Shown one piece after another: positions 1 to 13,737 of a DNA stretch of 52,543 nucleotides. The stretch's first letter is position 1, and each line of letters begins with the position of its first letter. This stretch comes from Folioceros fuciformis (taxonomy: Eukaryota). The stretch lies in contig JBNGIO010005481.1 of the NCBI GenBank assembly GCA_049999805.1, positions 1 through 52,543 of the forward strand. Direction: 5' to 3'. Both the position numbers and the translations under genes were made by a program. The notes under the pieces are model-generated. The model searched no databases and was not told the DNA's origin. It saw only the letters and a list, made by a program, of their open reading frames with translations.

Positions 1-1149
1 CGTTTGTGCAGTCCGGAGGCTCTTTTCAAACCGGGAGATTGGGTCTGTGTGGGCCGGGACTCTCTGCGAAGGTGCAAAAATATTGGTGTCGTGAAGAGTG
101 TTGTTAACCCGGAGAAACTGCTCATACAGTTCTGCGACAAGCCGGATCAGCCTGTTGAGTGCAGTGTGAGCGGAAAGCTCTCATTCTGGAAGAATCCCCT
201 CCATGTAGGGGATCTTGTTAGAGTGAAGCCAGACATACCGATCCCACGGTTTGGTTGGCAAGGAGAGACCCCTGCCAGTGAAGGTCTTATTGTGGAGATC
301 GGCGACAAAGATGCCACCACTCTCGTCAATTTTCCAGGCAGTCAAGCCTGGCGAGCAGATCCGGCCGAAGTAGAGCGCGTCTCTCTTGGATTGGCCGGTG
401 GTGACTGGGTATGCCTGCGTGGTGGATGGTACACTGCTGCGCAGGTAATGGAAACATCTGAAGTAGGCAATATTGCTTTGGATCAGCAGGACAGCAGCAC
501 TATTCCGCTCGGGCAGAACAGTCCATCTCGGGTGGGGGTTATCCACCAAGTGGATCATGATGGCAGGCTGAAGGTTGCTTTCTTCGGCCGCGAGACATTG
601 TGGACTGGAAGTGCCATTCACTTTAAGAAAGTGCCAGGGTTTACTATTGGGCAAGCAGTCAGGCTAAAGAACAGCGTACGTTCGCCTCGATTTGACTGGC
701 CAGTGAAACAAGGGGAGTGGGATACCGGCAGAGTGTGCAATGTTCTGCCAAATGGCGGTTTGATTGTTCGATTTCCCGGTCGAATGTGGGACAGGAAAGG
801 TTGGTGGGCTGACCCCGAGGAGGTGGAGGTTGTGCGGTTGAGTGACATCAGTGGTTTGGCAAATAAGTATGAATTTATAGAATCTATGCACTGGGCTGTG
901 CGTCCTGTTGTGGGTGTTTTGGGTTTTCTGGTTGCTGCTAGAGTTGGGCTGGTTGTTTTCAAATTTGTTCTTCCTCGTGGGGAGGATAACAAAGACAAGG
1001 GGGCAATTGGCACGGACAATGAGTTCAAGGTGGAGCAGGTGGACGTACAGAAACCGCAAAGGTCTTCTAAGAAGGGATCGCGGCACCCATCTTGGCTGCC
1101 GTTACCCCCTCCTGTATCAAATCTGCTCTTTGGTGCACCGGACTCTTGA
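1..1149 (+). CDS. KOC1: 3' part of a KEG-like HERC2/SH3-repeat protein with a C-terminal TM segment; most like chloroplast outer-membrane kinase KOC1 (At4g32250 family). 5' truncated by the window
   Basis: Repeated GD[WL]VRVK...PRFGW...G.I.....V.FPG...W.ADP.EVE (HERC2-like SH3) units, then hydrophobic HWAVRPVVGVLGFLVAARVGLVVF and a C-terminal WLPLPPPVSNLLF; stop TGA at 1147-1149. The kinase domain would lie upstream of the window. Confidence 0.7.
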   Translation, partial: RLCSPEALFKPGDWVCVGRDSLRRCKNIGVVKSVVNPEKLLIQFCDKPDQPVECSVSGKLSFWKNPLHVGDLVRVKPDIPIPRFGWQGETPASEGLIVEIGDKDATTLVNFPGSQAWRADPAEVERVSLGLAGGDWVCLRGGWYTAAQVMETSEVGNIALDQQDSSTIPLGQNSPSRVGVIHQVDHDGRLKVAFFGRETLWTGSAIHFKKVPGFTIGQAVRLKNSVRSPRFDWPVKQGEWDTGRVCNVLPNGGLIVRFPGRMWDRKGWWADPEEVEVVRLSDISGLANKYEFIESMHWAVRPVVGVLGFLVAARVGLVVFKFVLPRGEDNKDKGAIGTDNEFKVEQVDVQKPQRSSKKGSRHPSWLPLPPPVSNLLFGAPDS

Positions 1150-2432
1150 TCATAGATCTCTTGTGGAGCTGCGCTTGACCAGAACTGGACGGGAAGAGGT
1201 TCCATGGAATTGGTCTGTGCAGAGTTTCTTGTGCATTTTGTACAGTTGTTACATGTGTACAGATGAGATCACTGTGGATCTGGTCGGACAATCGATTCCG
1301 TGGGTATCCTTTGAGTCTCCAGGCGGATGCAGGGACTGAACAAAATTGTGTATGTGTACAGGGAGGTCGCTGTCGAGTACTACTAGTGCGTCCTGGCAGT
1401 GGCCGCAAGGTTTGTACAGGGTTTAACAGCTGTAGATAAAATTCGTTGAAATCACATTGCTAGGAACGGAGGGTCGTTTCTCGTTAGTTTCCTAGCTTAG
1501 TGGTCGGGATATATGTGCTTTCTTAAGTATCTTCTTCTGGAAGACATTCGGTCGGTGGAATCCCAAGAACTAACGATGTTCTGCTTGGCTAGAACCGATC
1601 GTATCGGTGGTTTTCTGTAGTCGCTGTCTTGTCCTTTCACTGAAGAAAATGTACGAAGAATGTCTTTACGGTATGTCACACCTTTCTAATGGCAGGTAAT
1701 TTACTCATCAAAATGTACTACCAAGCCAATTAACTATGGGTAGAGCTTGGGTAAATGATATTAGTTGTGAATGATTTTATGTTCGGAGGAGGTGGCTATT
1801 GTTTATGATTCTACTGATGTGAATTCCTCAGCCAACACACTTAGAGAGTATTGTTTGTCTTGTTTTCTCTTTGTATAGTGTAATACACTCAATCTCAGAA
1901 ATAGTGAACTAATAAATATAACTTTATTTTCCATGCCATCTCATTCTTCAATGGACCAGCATTCACATGAACAAGTTTTGAAAACAAGTCCAAGGTTTAT
2001 GAGTCTTGGGACTTATGCGAACTTGTCTCTTTAGCTGTTTGTTGATTCCTTGTAGCCTAACTTGATTGTGATTTGGCTCGACTATTCTGAATATGATCTA
2101 AATTGGGATATTAATAAATTTAAATGAATATTTTTATTCAAAAAATATATATAAAAATAACAACTAGGGTACTCTGCAGCTAGACTAATGCCAGATGATC
2201 TCCAACTGGCAGTTACTCCTAAGAAAAGCATAAATAACATTGATGTACACCTTGTGCTTCAGCTCATGTGAAATACAACAGAAGACACCGTGTAAGTGCC
2301 TACCTACATAAGGTACAGTAAACCCGTCAGTCGTGCCTCTGCCCTGACAGGCAACAGCCTACTGGATGAAGAGCAGAAGGGTGTCCTATATAAACCCTGC
2401 GTATTTCCTCCCTATCGAGCTGCGTCATCGCA

Positions 2433-3211
2433 ATGGCGATGGCGGAAGTGGGCGAGCAGGAGAAGAAAGAGGAAACACAGCCACCAGACGGTGGCTGGCA
2501 GCCGAGGAAGTCGCCGTTCGAGCCGGTGCTGGCGGCTTTGCTGGACGATCCTCTTCTGCAGGACGTGCCCAAGCATCCGACGCTGGCAGATGTGGAGACC
2601 CTCATCGGAGTGGAGCTGGGAAGTGGAATGAGGCTCACCGTTCTCAAGATGGATGGCACCTCATTTGGTCAGTGCCAATTTGCGCCTGCTTTGCGCGTCC
2701 TCAAACATCGAGTAACGCTTCTTGATCGGTGGGCCCGGTTGCATCAGATGTGGCCGTCCTCAACAACGCAACCGTGCGGGACTTGAAAATTGCGGTGCAG
2801 AAGAAGGTGACCGAGCTTGAGCAAGCGCGGATGGGGCACCGCCACATTTCCTGGTAAATTCATTCGCAAGCTGCGTCTTTCTGTGTCTCTTCTCACGAAT
2901 GTTGATGTGCGCCTGGTGCGCATCCAGGAAGCATGTGTGGAGCAACTTCTGCCTCGCTTTCGATCACCAAAAGCTTCTGGACGAGACTTCTCCTTTGAAG
3001 GAGTACGGTATCAAAACAAACGACCGAGTGAGTTTTGTATTCATCTTTTCTCATCTATCTCTGCACGGCATGGTATCAGGGGGGGTGATGCAAACACTGT
3101 CTGCCATCTCGTCTTCCGCAGCTGCAATTTTCTCATCATCTCGTACCGAGAGAGGCAGGTCAGCACTCCCGCGCCAAGAAACGCAGATTCTTCCACGGGA
3201 TTCGCAAATAG
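2433..3211 (+). CDS. SNRNP25: U11/U12 snRNP 25 kDa protein (ubiquitin-like fold), 4 exons
   Basis: Exons 2433-2667, 2748-2853, 2928-3027, 3122-3211 with GT-AG introns splice in frame: LLDDPLLQDVP..PTLADVETLI..ELGSGMRLTVLKMDGTSFDVAVLNNATVRDLK...MGHRHISWKHVWSNFCL...YGIKTND...KRRFFHG. Confidence 0.9.
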
Positions 3212-3687
3212 CTTTGCCACATCCAAACTGGAATCATGGCTGACACAACTTCAAGTTCTGAGGAAGAGTGTGGTCCAAGCGCACACTTATCACGGCCTGC
3301 TTGTTCTCGGAGCAAGTAGGTCTGCAGCCATCGGCAACCGGCAATTCATGGAAAATGGCAACCAGAGCATTTGTACAACACGTGAGGTCGTTTGTTTTAA
3401 ACCCTGCCAACGACGGGCCAACAGCCACGAGAACCATTCATGGTAAGACTGCAGCTTTGGTGGGATTTGATCGATTTCAACAATTTCTTCTAGAAGGTGA
3501 ACTATACTCGGATTTGTTTCGAGATCAGATAATAGGCACATTTCTTCCCACATCCTGTTGATATGGGGAACATTTGAAAAAATCGATATCCACATCTTAG
3601 AATACGCTTCGTTTTATCATTCCCAAAGATCGAAAAACTCCCCCGCAACCTGCTACTTCCTCAGGGCGAGGAAACTCCCAGATGGAA

Positions 3688-6083
<2,396 letters not shown>

Positions 6084-6838
6084 GGCCCGGCCTGCCAGGC
6101 CATGACAAAAAGGAGATCGTCAATCAGGGAGTACGTCACTCCCGCCCGCACTGTGGCACTAGAGATAGAGAGAAGCAGCATGAAACCCGCCTGCCCACAC
6201 CAAGCTTCCCTCGCCCCCTGACGAGCTGTGTAAACATACCATGACAAATTTCTTTCCTCACCCAGTCCCTACCCACAAAGCGAAACAGTGCAAGTAGATT
6301 CCCGACCCACGACCCAGCGAGACCAGGACTCACAAGCTTCCCAGTTGAGCATCCCAAGAGAATGGAAGCATCGGGTGGCCTCTCGGGACAGCGCGTCAGT
6401 CTTTCAATCACATTGAAATTCGCAAAAGCGGACTACAGGTGCGCCTGTTTCTACTTGATTGCAAGCAAGACTCACGGGACAACCAAAAACAGGTAGAATT
6501 GTACCTGCGTTGATCGCACGACGAGGATGCCTTTTTCAACGCACGACGAGGATTCCTCAAAAAGTCACAACAAGCTGGAGTGGAGCTCCTTCGTGCAGAA
6601 TTCACAGATCTGCTTAGACTACGCTATGAGATAGTAGAAAGCTGGTGGCGGTGGTGACGTGGCTCAGCCCGCCGTGGCGCTGATTCAGATAATCGGGGCC
6701 AGGATTGCGGCACACGTAACTTGATTTCAAATGTACCGCACGAGAGAGATGCTTTACAAATATCCGAGATCTCGGTTTCTGTTCATTATCTACAACAGCT
6801 GAAGAAGCGAATGGGCTCTACGACCCTCTGTACAGTGG

Positions 6839-6938
6839 NNNNNNNNNNNNNNNNNNNNNNNNNNNNNNNNNNNNNNNNNNNNNNNNNNNNNNNNNNNNNN
6901 NNNNNNNNNNNNNNNNNNNNNNNNNNNNNNNNNNNNNN
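6839..6938. other. Assembly gap (100 N). Other gaps at 20494-20593, 28035-28155, 42049-42148 and 44686-44785
   Basis: Runs of N. Confidence 0.99.
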
Positions 6939-6988
6939 TGGGCTCTACGACCCTCTGTACAGTGGATAGAAGGTCCCATCTTGTTTCC

Positions 6989-9280
6989 TTATTTACCCCA
7001 AAAGGGTCTAAGGAGGACGTCCTCCTTGGAGTCCAACTTCTTCTTAAGATCCGCTGCTTCAGTCTGCACACGACAGAAGTAGGGTCGGTGATTTCAGCTG
7101 CTGGTCAATGCAACCTCCTGGATGTGAACATTGTTTGCTGGCAGTGTTGTACCTCAAGTTTTAAGCAGCGAGCCTCGACTGAATACAGCCTGGCAAACTC
7201 CGTTTCAGCTCGTGTTGCTCGGTTACCGTGTTGGACAAGATCAGTTCCCATCTGTCAAAAAGCATTGTGGTAAGAGGACTTAGAGTGTGGCCGAAATAAC
7301 AAACAGGGTGCAGACAAGAAGTAGGCTCACCTCCTCTACTCTAGATTGTAATTTTGTACTCTTTTCAATTTCCTGGACATGAACACGTGACCAACAGCAT
7401 GTCAAAACGAGAATGATGTGCGTCAAGGACATTGAAGAAAGGTAGCAGAATCACCTCAAGTAACTGTTTTCGCAAGGCCTCTATATCCGAGCTTGCCTGG
7501 GCGGTACATACGAGCACGGTTAGAGAGAGAGACGAGGCACTGACGGACGGACGGACGAACGACCTCAAGTCAATATTGCTCCGAAGGGAAGGAAGATACC
7601 GTACCTTCTCCAATTTTTGTGCGAGTTCCGCTTCCTCCTCAGCGTGTCTTCGAGACTGAATTTCAAAGCTGTTCTGCAAAGCCTGAATCTCTTCCTGCCC
7701 CTGGTCACATTCAGAACTCGAACAACGTGTTGTTAGAACTTTTTTCACTGACCACAGACCTAGGAGCCCAGCACCTCGCTGTTCTGATCAATTTCAAACC
7801 TGACCTTGGACGCGATTTCTTCTGCCCTGAGGTTGGCCGATGCAAGTTGACGGGCATCAATTGCTGCAGCTTGCTGTACAACATCAAGTTGCTTCTCCTT
7901 CGCTTCTAGCAAGGCACGCATCTCCATTCTGGGCTTTGACAATGGCAGCACACAAGCAGTAGTAGGTCACCACACACACATAATAGAAAACAGCCCAGAC
8001 TTTCGAGAAAACTGTGTAGACTTAGAGGAAGCACGAAAGAATCCTGTTGTAGTGGCCACATGATTTCCAGAGACGTGACAAGAACCGAAACGCTTCCAGT
8101 TAAGAGACTCACAGTAAGGCAGCCATTTGTTCATACTGATTCAACCACTGTGGAACTGAGTTTCCGTTGGGATCGTGAGAGAGTGAACCAGTCCGCCACC
8201 AACGGCCAATTTGAGACCACCTTGAGCTGCTGTCATTAGTAGCATAGATATTCATGTCAGCTGGCGCCATGCCAGATGCAGGTCTTAAACGATGCACCTG
8301 GTGTGCGAGATCAACTCTGGTCAAGCTAGATGACGAACTGGGTGCAGTACTTCGTAACACTGACGAAGCAGAAAAATGGGCCGACGAGGGACTGCCAATA
8401 GGTGTGAACCTTTCCTCCCAGTCCTCTTCATGGACTGAGGGTGCTACCTCAGTGCTTCCAGTCCTGTTTGCCCCCATGTCATCAGGCCATGGAAAGAACC
8501 CACGTGATAAGTTGAAGGGAGCCTCAGCATTTCGGTCCTTGACAAGAGGCTCTTCCTCATATTTTTCTACACCAGGACTGACTTCTGCGAAACTTCTAGG
8601 TGACAAGCAAAAGTCCCCTCCCGAGCTTCTACCATCTACAGAGGCACAGACAGACCTGCCATCAATTGAGGGCGTGTGAGAAGCCCAAGCTAAAGCTGCA
8701 GCAGTTGCACGAGACGCTGCAGCATTGATTCTGTCCATCCAGCAACTTGCTGCATCCAGAGAGTCTGCAGCTAACCAGTACGTAAACGACGGGCCCTGGA
8801 CATCTGTTGTCCCGTGTTAAGATGATACAAATAAGAACACGGGAGCATGGACCTTGCACAAAAAGAAGACCTAAGGCAAGCATCCAAAACCAGTGCTCCC
8901 CCACATCCGATTTGCAGAATCAACAGCCAACAGGTTCACAAACTGGCAGCTCAAGGATACAGAAACAAAACCACTCCCGATGCTTTGACGGAGACCTGAA
9001 CAGGGGCACGGGATGAACCATCAGCAGATAGCAGGACGGCAGAAAACGAATAAACCCAGGCCAAGGAAACGAGTGAGAAAGCATACGGAAGCGGTCCGAC
9101 GCAGACATTGCGAAGACCTATAAGGAAGTGAGCTGTGGTACTATCAGCTGCCTTCCGGTACTCCAGATGCATACTGTAAGGCCGCAATCTGAACCATCGC
9201 TTTCTCCACTGCTTCAGTGTATCACTCCGCTTCATCAAGGGCCCCTCCATGCCCGTGTCTTGGTCCACGCTTTCCGCCAT
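6989..9280 (-). CDS. N-terminal PH-domain and C-terminal coiled-coil protein (related to plant SWAP70/DEF6-like At2g30880 family)
   Basis: MEGPLMKRSDTLKQWRKRWFRL...LEY...CFYVQGPSFTYWLAADSLDAASCWMDRINAA is a complete PH domain after splicing; Ser-rich linker; coiled-coil exons 7000-7930. Probable stop TAA 6989-6991 (3' end less certain). Confidence 0.75.
8804..8960 (-). other. U12-type (minor spliceosome) GT-AG intron in the PH-domain gene
   Basis: 5' site GTATCCTT, branch-like TCATCTTAAC ending 12 nt before the 3' junction, no polypyrimidine tract; removal restores PH strand CF/Y-VQG. Confidence 0.85.
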
Positions 9281-10048
9281 CAAAGACCACTCCCGTACAG
9301 CTGAATTTTGCCTTCATTCCAACAGGTATCCCATTCAGCGCTGGAGGGTCAGATCCCCTAGGGCTACGCTCGACGCAAGCACAATTCACAACCCGATACA
9401 CCGCAGATCGCGAAGGCGAAACCTCCCCCCCATCTTGAATTCTATTCAAACATATATAGCCACAATTCCCGCAATTTTCGAGCCTCGGGAGCAAGATTTC
9501 AACTCTTTCCTTCCTCAAGCTGCCAGACCTTTCTGCAAGGATCAGACCAAGACACACACGTTCCCACCGCCTTGGACCACACAGCACGAGGCCTTCCGAT
9601 CCCTCGATTTCCTGTTCCAAGGATCAAATTTTGATGCAAGAGAAGCACACACACTCAACTCGCACAAGCTGTGGGACTTCTTGTGATGACGTTACAAGAG
9701 CTTGAAACAGGACTTCCCAGACCTCACGAACTATTGAGAAAGGAAACCTTTGTTGGAAGTGAAGCAAACATTGTTTGGGAAGAGGACGCTATCAGTTATC
9801 GTTTCAGCTTTCTTATCCCTGCAACTAAGTTGACGTTTCAACCTGCAGCTGCGGGGCCCCTCTCGATGAGTCCTGCGCAACACACTTGGCTCCACTCTCG
9901 ATGACTCTCCGGAACACACTTGGCTCGATGCCCTTTCGCTCGATCTGCCGTGGGGAGGTAACGTATTGCTGCGCGATATTCTACATTGCTAGGGAAGGTG
10001 TTCCTCTGTCGTGAGCACCCTACACCTCATCTTACTACGGTCTTTTTA

Positions 10049-10138
10049 CCGGTCTATGTGTTGTTCTTTGACACATGTTATGGTTAACTGAAGCCGGTCT
10101 ATGTGTTGTTCTTTGACACATGTTATGGTTAACTGAAG
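10049..10138. repeat. Perfect 45-bp tandem duplication (2 copies)
   Basis: ccggtctatgtgttgttctttgacacatgttatggttaactgaag at 10049-10093 and 10094-10138. Confidence 0.95.
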
Positions 10139-10278
10139 ACCCCGTTTGTGAACCTTCATCTGGAGGTGTGAAAATGATATGAATTTTAAACCAAGTACAA
10201 CATCTGAAGAACCCCGTTTGAGTAAACTCGGAGGGCCTTTCCTGGCCCCGAAAGGAACAATTCCAGCCAATGCCCATT

Positions 10279-10350
10279 CTAACCTAACCTAACATAACCT
10301 AACCTAACCTAACCTAACCTAACCTAACCTAACCTAACCTAACCTGACCT
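10279..10350. repeat. (CCTAA)n/(TTAGG)n pentanucleotide array, ~14 units
   Basis: ctaacctaacctaacataacctaacc...aacctgacct, with two variant units. Confidence 0.95.
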
Positions 10351-10498
10351 ATGCTTTATAACGGCTACCACAGAAAAACGAGGCCGGAGGATGTGCTAAA
10401 GCTTTAAACAGATTGCATGTTTTGTGGAGGAGACGCGAGTCTACGCATCAAGCTGTGTGGATGTGACCAGGTACAGTGGCTCCAACTTGGAAGTCTCA

Positions 10499-13400
10499 TC
10501 AACGTCTGAAAACAAAATTGGAGATGGACTGCTGTCTTGGCTGCATGGATCTGCTGCTAGGTCTGCTAGGCCCGGGAATGGCGGCAGAAGCTCTGGGGGT
10601 TCGCCTTATTTCCACTTCGTCCAGGTTGATAGACCTCATGGCTCGGCCACCGAGTAGGTTTGACCTGGAGGAGTTGCCCGGATACTCAGCGTTGCCGGGG
10701 AGGAGTCTTTGCCATTGCTCTCTGTTGCGCCAACGCTCCCCATGAGATGAATCGCAAGATGACGTCGGACTGGGAGTATGAGGAATGAAGGAAGAAGAAC
10801 AGAGAGAACGTGGATGAGCCTCACCTGTGGCGCCGCGGGAGGCAGCGAGGGCAAAACCAGTCGTCGTTCACGTGGCCAGGAGGATCGATGCAGAAAATGT
10901 GGATGGCTCTCTGGGAGCAGCCACGGCAGACGCAGATGAGGTCGGGGCTGTCTGTGCTGCCGCAAGTAATGCAGAAGCGTTCCTGCAGGCCTGAGTTTTT
11001 GAGAGGTTCGCTTCATGAAGTATTAGGAAGACAACCTTGGCACGGGCAAGGGCTAGGAAACTCACTGTAACTGCAGGGGGAAACGAAGCACTTGTTGGAA
11101 TGACACCGACAGTGATATCCTCGTCTTGGCAGGATACACCGTTTGGAGTGTTGTGGCTCCTCTTGGTGATTTTGTCGAAGGGTGCTTTACAAAGAGGACA
11201 TAGAGGATCCCTGTGTTTCTGCAGGCACGGAAGGATCAGGACCACGTCAATGCTCGGCATCACCACATCTTTCAGCATCATGATGTAGAAGGAAGCTGGA
11301 AGTGACATACCGCTTCAAGGGCCCATTTATGGATGCAAATGAAGCAGAACTCATGGCCACAGCTCAGTACTCCTCTATTCTCTGCTCGATTCTCAGCATA
11401 GCATATCACACACACGATCTCAGCCTCTGGACTACCTTTCCCAGCATGCCTCAAGGTTCCACCTGCTGGTTCTACCAAGGGTGACGCAATGTTCAGGTCA
11501 GTATAGCCCAGCTTCACGACACCCGTTGCACCACCAATCGGAATCCTGTGGTCTGGGACCTCAAGGTTAGAGCCCAACTCCGGGGAATCTCTTGTTGCAG
11601 CAATCCGAGTTCTGTAGTCTGGGCTGCCGATGATTGTTCTCGGCTGCTGCTGAAACGTGGCCTCTGAGGCATCAGGCCTCGCCGCTGGAGGAGTGGTTAA
11701 GTCAATCACTGCCTCAGGTACAGCAGCTCCAACGAAACTGGCCCCACCCCTTGACTGCTCAAGCCCTGCTCGGTCATCGGCGGCACTTCTCTTAGCAAGC
11801 CTTCTGAATTTGGTTCTGTGTTCTGGAACTCCTGTTGGATGGAGTGGACGTTTCCCAGACGCAGAATCGACGGGAGAAAGGGACAATCGCCCCAAACTTT
11901 GCTCTATCGACCTTTGCTGCCTGGAAACTGTATTATCCCGCTGTCTTCTCCTGCTTCTGTACCTGGCAATATCAACCTGGGACAAAGCATGAAGACCTCC
12001 TGTGAACAACACACAACTTCCAGATGACAATCGAAAATTGTTGACATGGGGTTATGGGATTAAATCCCTCTCACCTCATGTACTGCCGAAGGCCCAGCTT
12101 CATCAATGCCCTGCACTTGCGGAAGCAATGTGGTGACGCTGGGTTGTGAAGGTTCAGCCTCGTCAGTTAAATCAACAACGTTCTTGCCTTTAAGATCTAA
12201 ACCTGGAGAAGTGATCCAAGTTTTGAATAAGAAAGCAGTATGGGAATGAGCTGATATGCAAGGGGGCCAGGACAATCTCTACCTTCCTTCTTTCTGACTG
12301 AAGGATCGTCAGCCGAGTCATTCCAGAGCAAGGGCCCAACCTCCTCACCGCTGTATCTCGCACAAAACTTGCTCAGCATTGCACAATCCTCCACACTTAT
12401 GGACAATGTGCATACTGTGACTGACAAACACACAGCTAAGCAAAGCCTGACCTCTGAAGAGTGTACGAGTGCTCAGGAAGCTTGCAATTTCCACTTAAGC
12501 AATCTTCAAACCATCGGTGATTGATGAGAATCGTTTTTCCTGATCTTTTAGCCATATCGTATTTGGGGCCCGAAAATTTCCAACACACCTGCACCAGTCA
12601 GAAATATGTCCACAGCCTGGCATACCATGAGACCATTGCCGTTATCCTCAAATTGCTCCCTCGTCATAGGATCCGCATACATACCAAGTGTGTGTTACGT
12701 GCCGTCCATTTGCCAGTAAAGGCAGCACCTGTCTTGTTAATAAGTTTAATGAGCTTCATTTTCTCCAGCCCTTCGTAACCTGTCATGGAAGCAACTACAG
12801 ATTCCATGTCCTTCCGAAAATCAGCGGCCGAGCTTTCAGAAGCCGCTGAGCTTGAGGCGCCCTCCCTTGGGCACTGAGTAGGACGACGAGAATCCGATGC
12901 ATCTGCACAAAAACAAACAGCAGGATCTCCCTTCAAACACGGTGGAAAGAGAAGCAACCCCAAATGCTTCCACCGAAAACATCCATCTGTCCGAGCAAAG
13001 CATCCAAAACACCACAGATAACAAATCTTCAGTCCAGACCTAAACAGTCAGTCCGTCCTGACACTCCGGAACAAACTTGTTCCTGAGCTCCGGGACCGTG
13101 CGAACGTATTGCGTCCGAAATTGGCACTTCCGGAGAGCCCACCACAACAACTTTGAGCAAGCACTGGGAATGCGCGAGATGGAAGAGGTCACCATCCGAA
13201 AGAACAACGCTCTCCCCTCTCGACAGCTTCCGGAGTCCCGCCCACCCCGTCTCCTGCACAGCCACAAACGGACTTCTTCCACTCGACAGCAACCCAGAGA
13301 ACAGCCCGCGGTCTCGCTGCACGAACCAAGAAGGATTATCTCACCGGCTCCGCACAAAAATTCAAACTCTGGCATCTAGCAAAGTAGAGTGGGCGCAAGC

Positions 13401-13737
13401 CGTGGCACTCGATCGTCAACCCGCCATCTCCACACACAACCCGAGCTTGCCGTCTACTGCACGCCTTCTGAGCTGCAGGAGAGGCGGGAAACGAACCTCT
13501 CCCAATCCAGGTCGCCCCGGGCTTCAACGCCTGCAACCCACTCTCACCCAGTTACTAGTCCGCATTCCCACATCCCATCCCCTCCCACAGTCCATTCCTC
13601 GTCCACTAAACCCAGGCCGGCGCTCTTACACCCTGCTATCCTCCCAGAACTCTCACCAGTGCGGGAGCATCAGCAGGCACTAGGAACGCGCAACAACCAC
13701 CATTCTCCCCATCTTCGGGAAGCGAAATGTCCTCCAT
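10499..13737 (-). CDS. STUBL2: STUbL2-like (At1g67180 family) E3 ligase: FHA-like + BRCT + SIMs + C3HC4 RING + PHD
   Basis: BRCT MESVVASMTGYEGLEK..LIKLI..TGAAFTG...NTHLVCWKFSGPKYDMA...NHRWFEDCL; SGEEVGPL; RING CVICY...GVLSCGHEFCFICIHKW...CPLCK; PHD CITC...CRGC.QRAIHIFCIDPP...WFCPRC; FHA-like IGRG...CSRRQARV. ATG 13737, stop 10499-10501. Confidence 0.8.

Noticed and set aside
1-1149. Calling the first gene KEG itself
   Set aside because: The HERC2-like repeats are followed by a TM helix and short tail, which fits KOC1-like proteins rather than soluble KEG
1304-1312. Perfect U12 donor-like GTATCCTTT downstream of the KOC1-like stop
   Set aside because: Lies in the presumed 3' UTR with no convincing CCTTAAC branch site/acceptor downstream; likely chance
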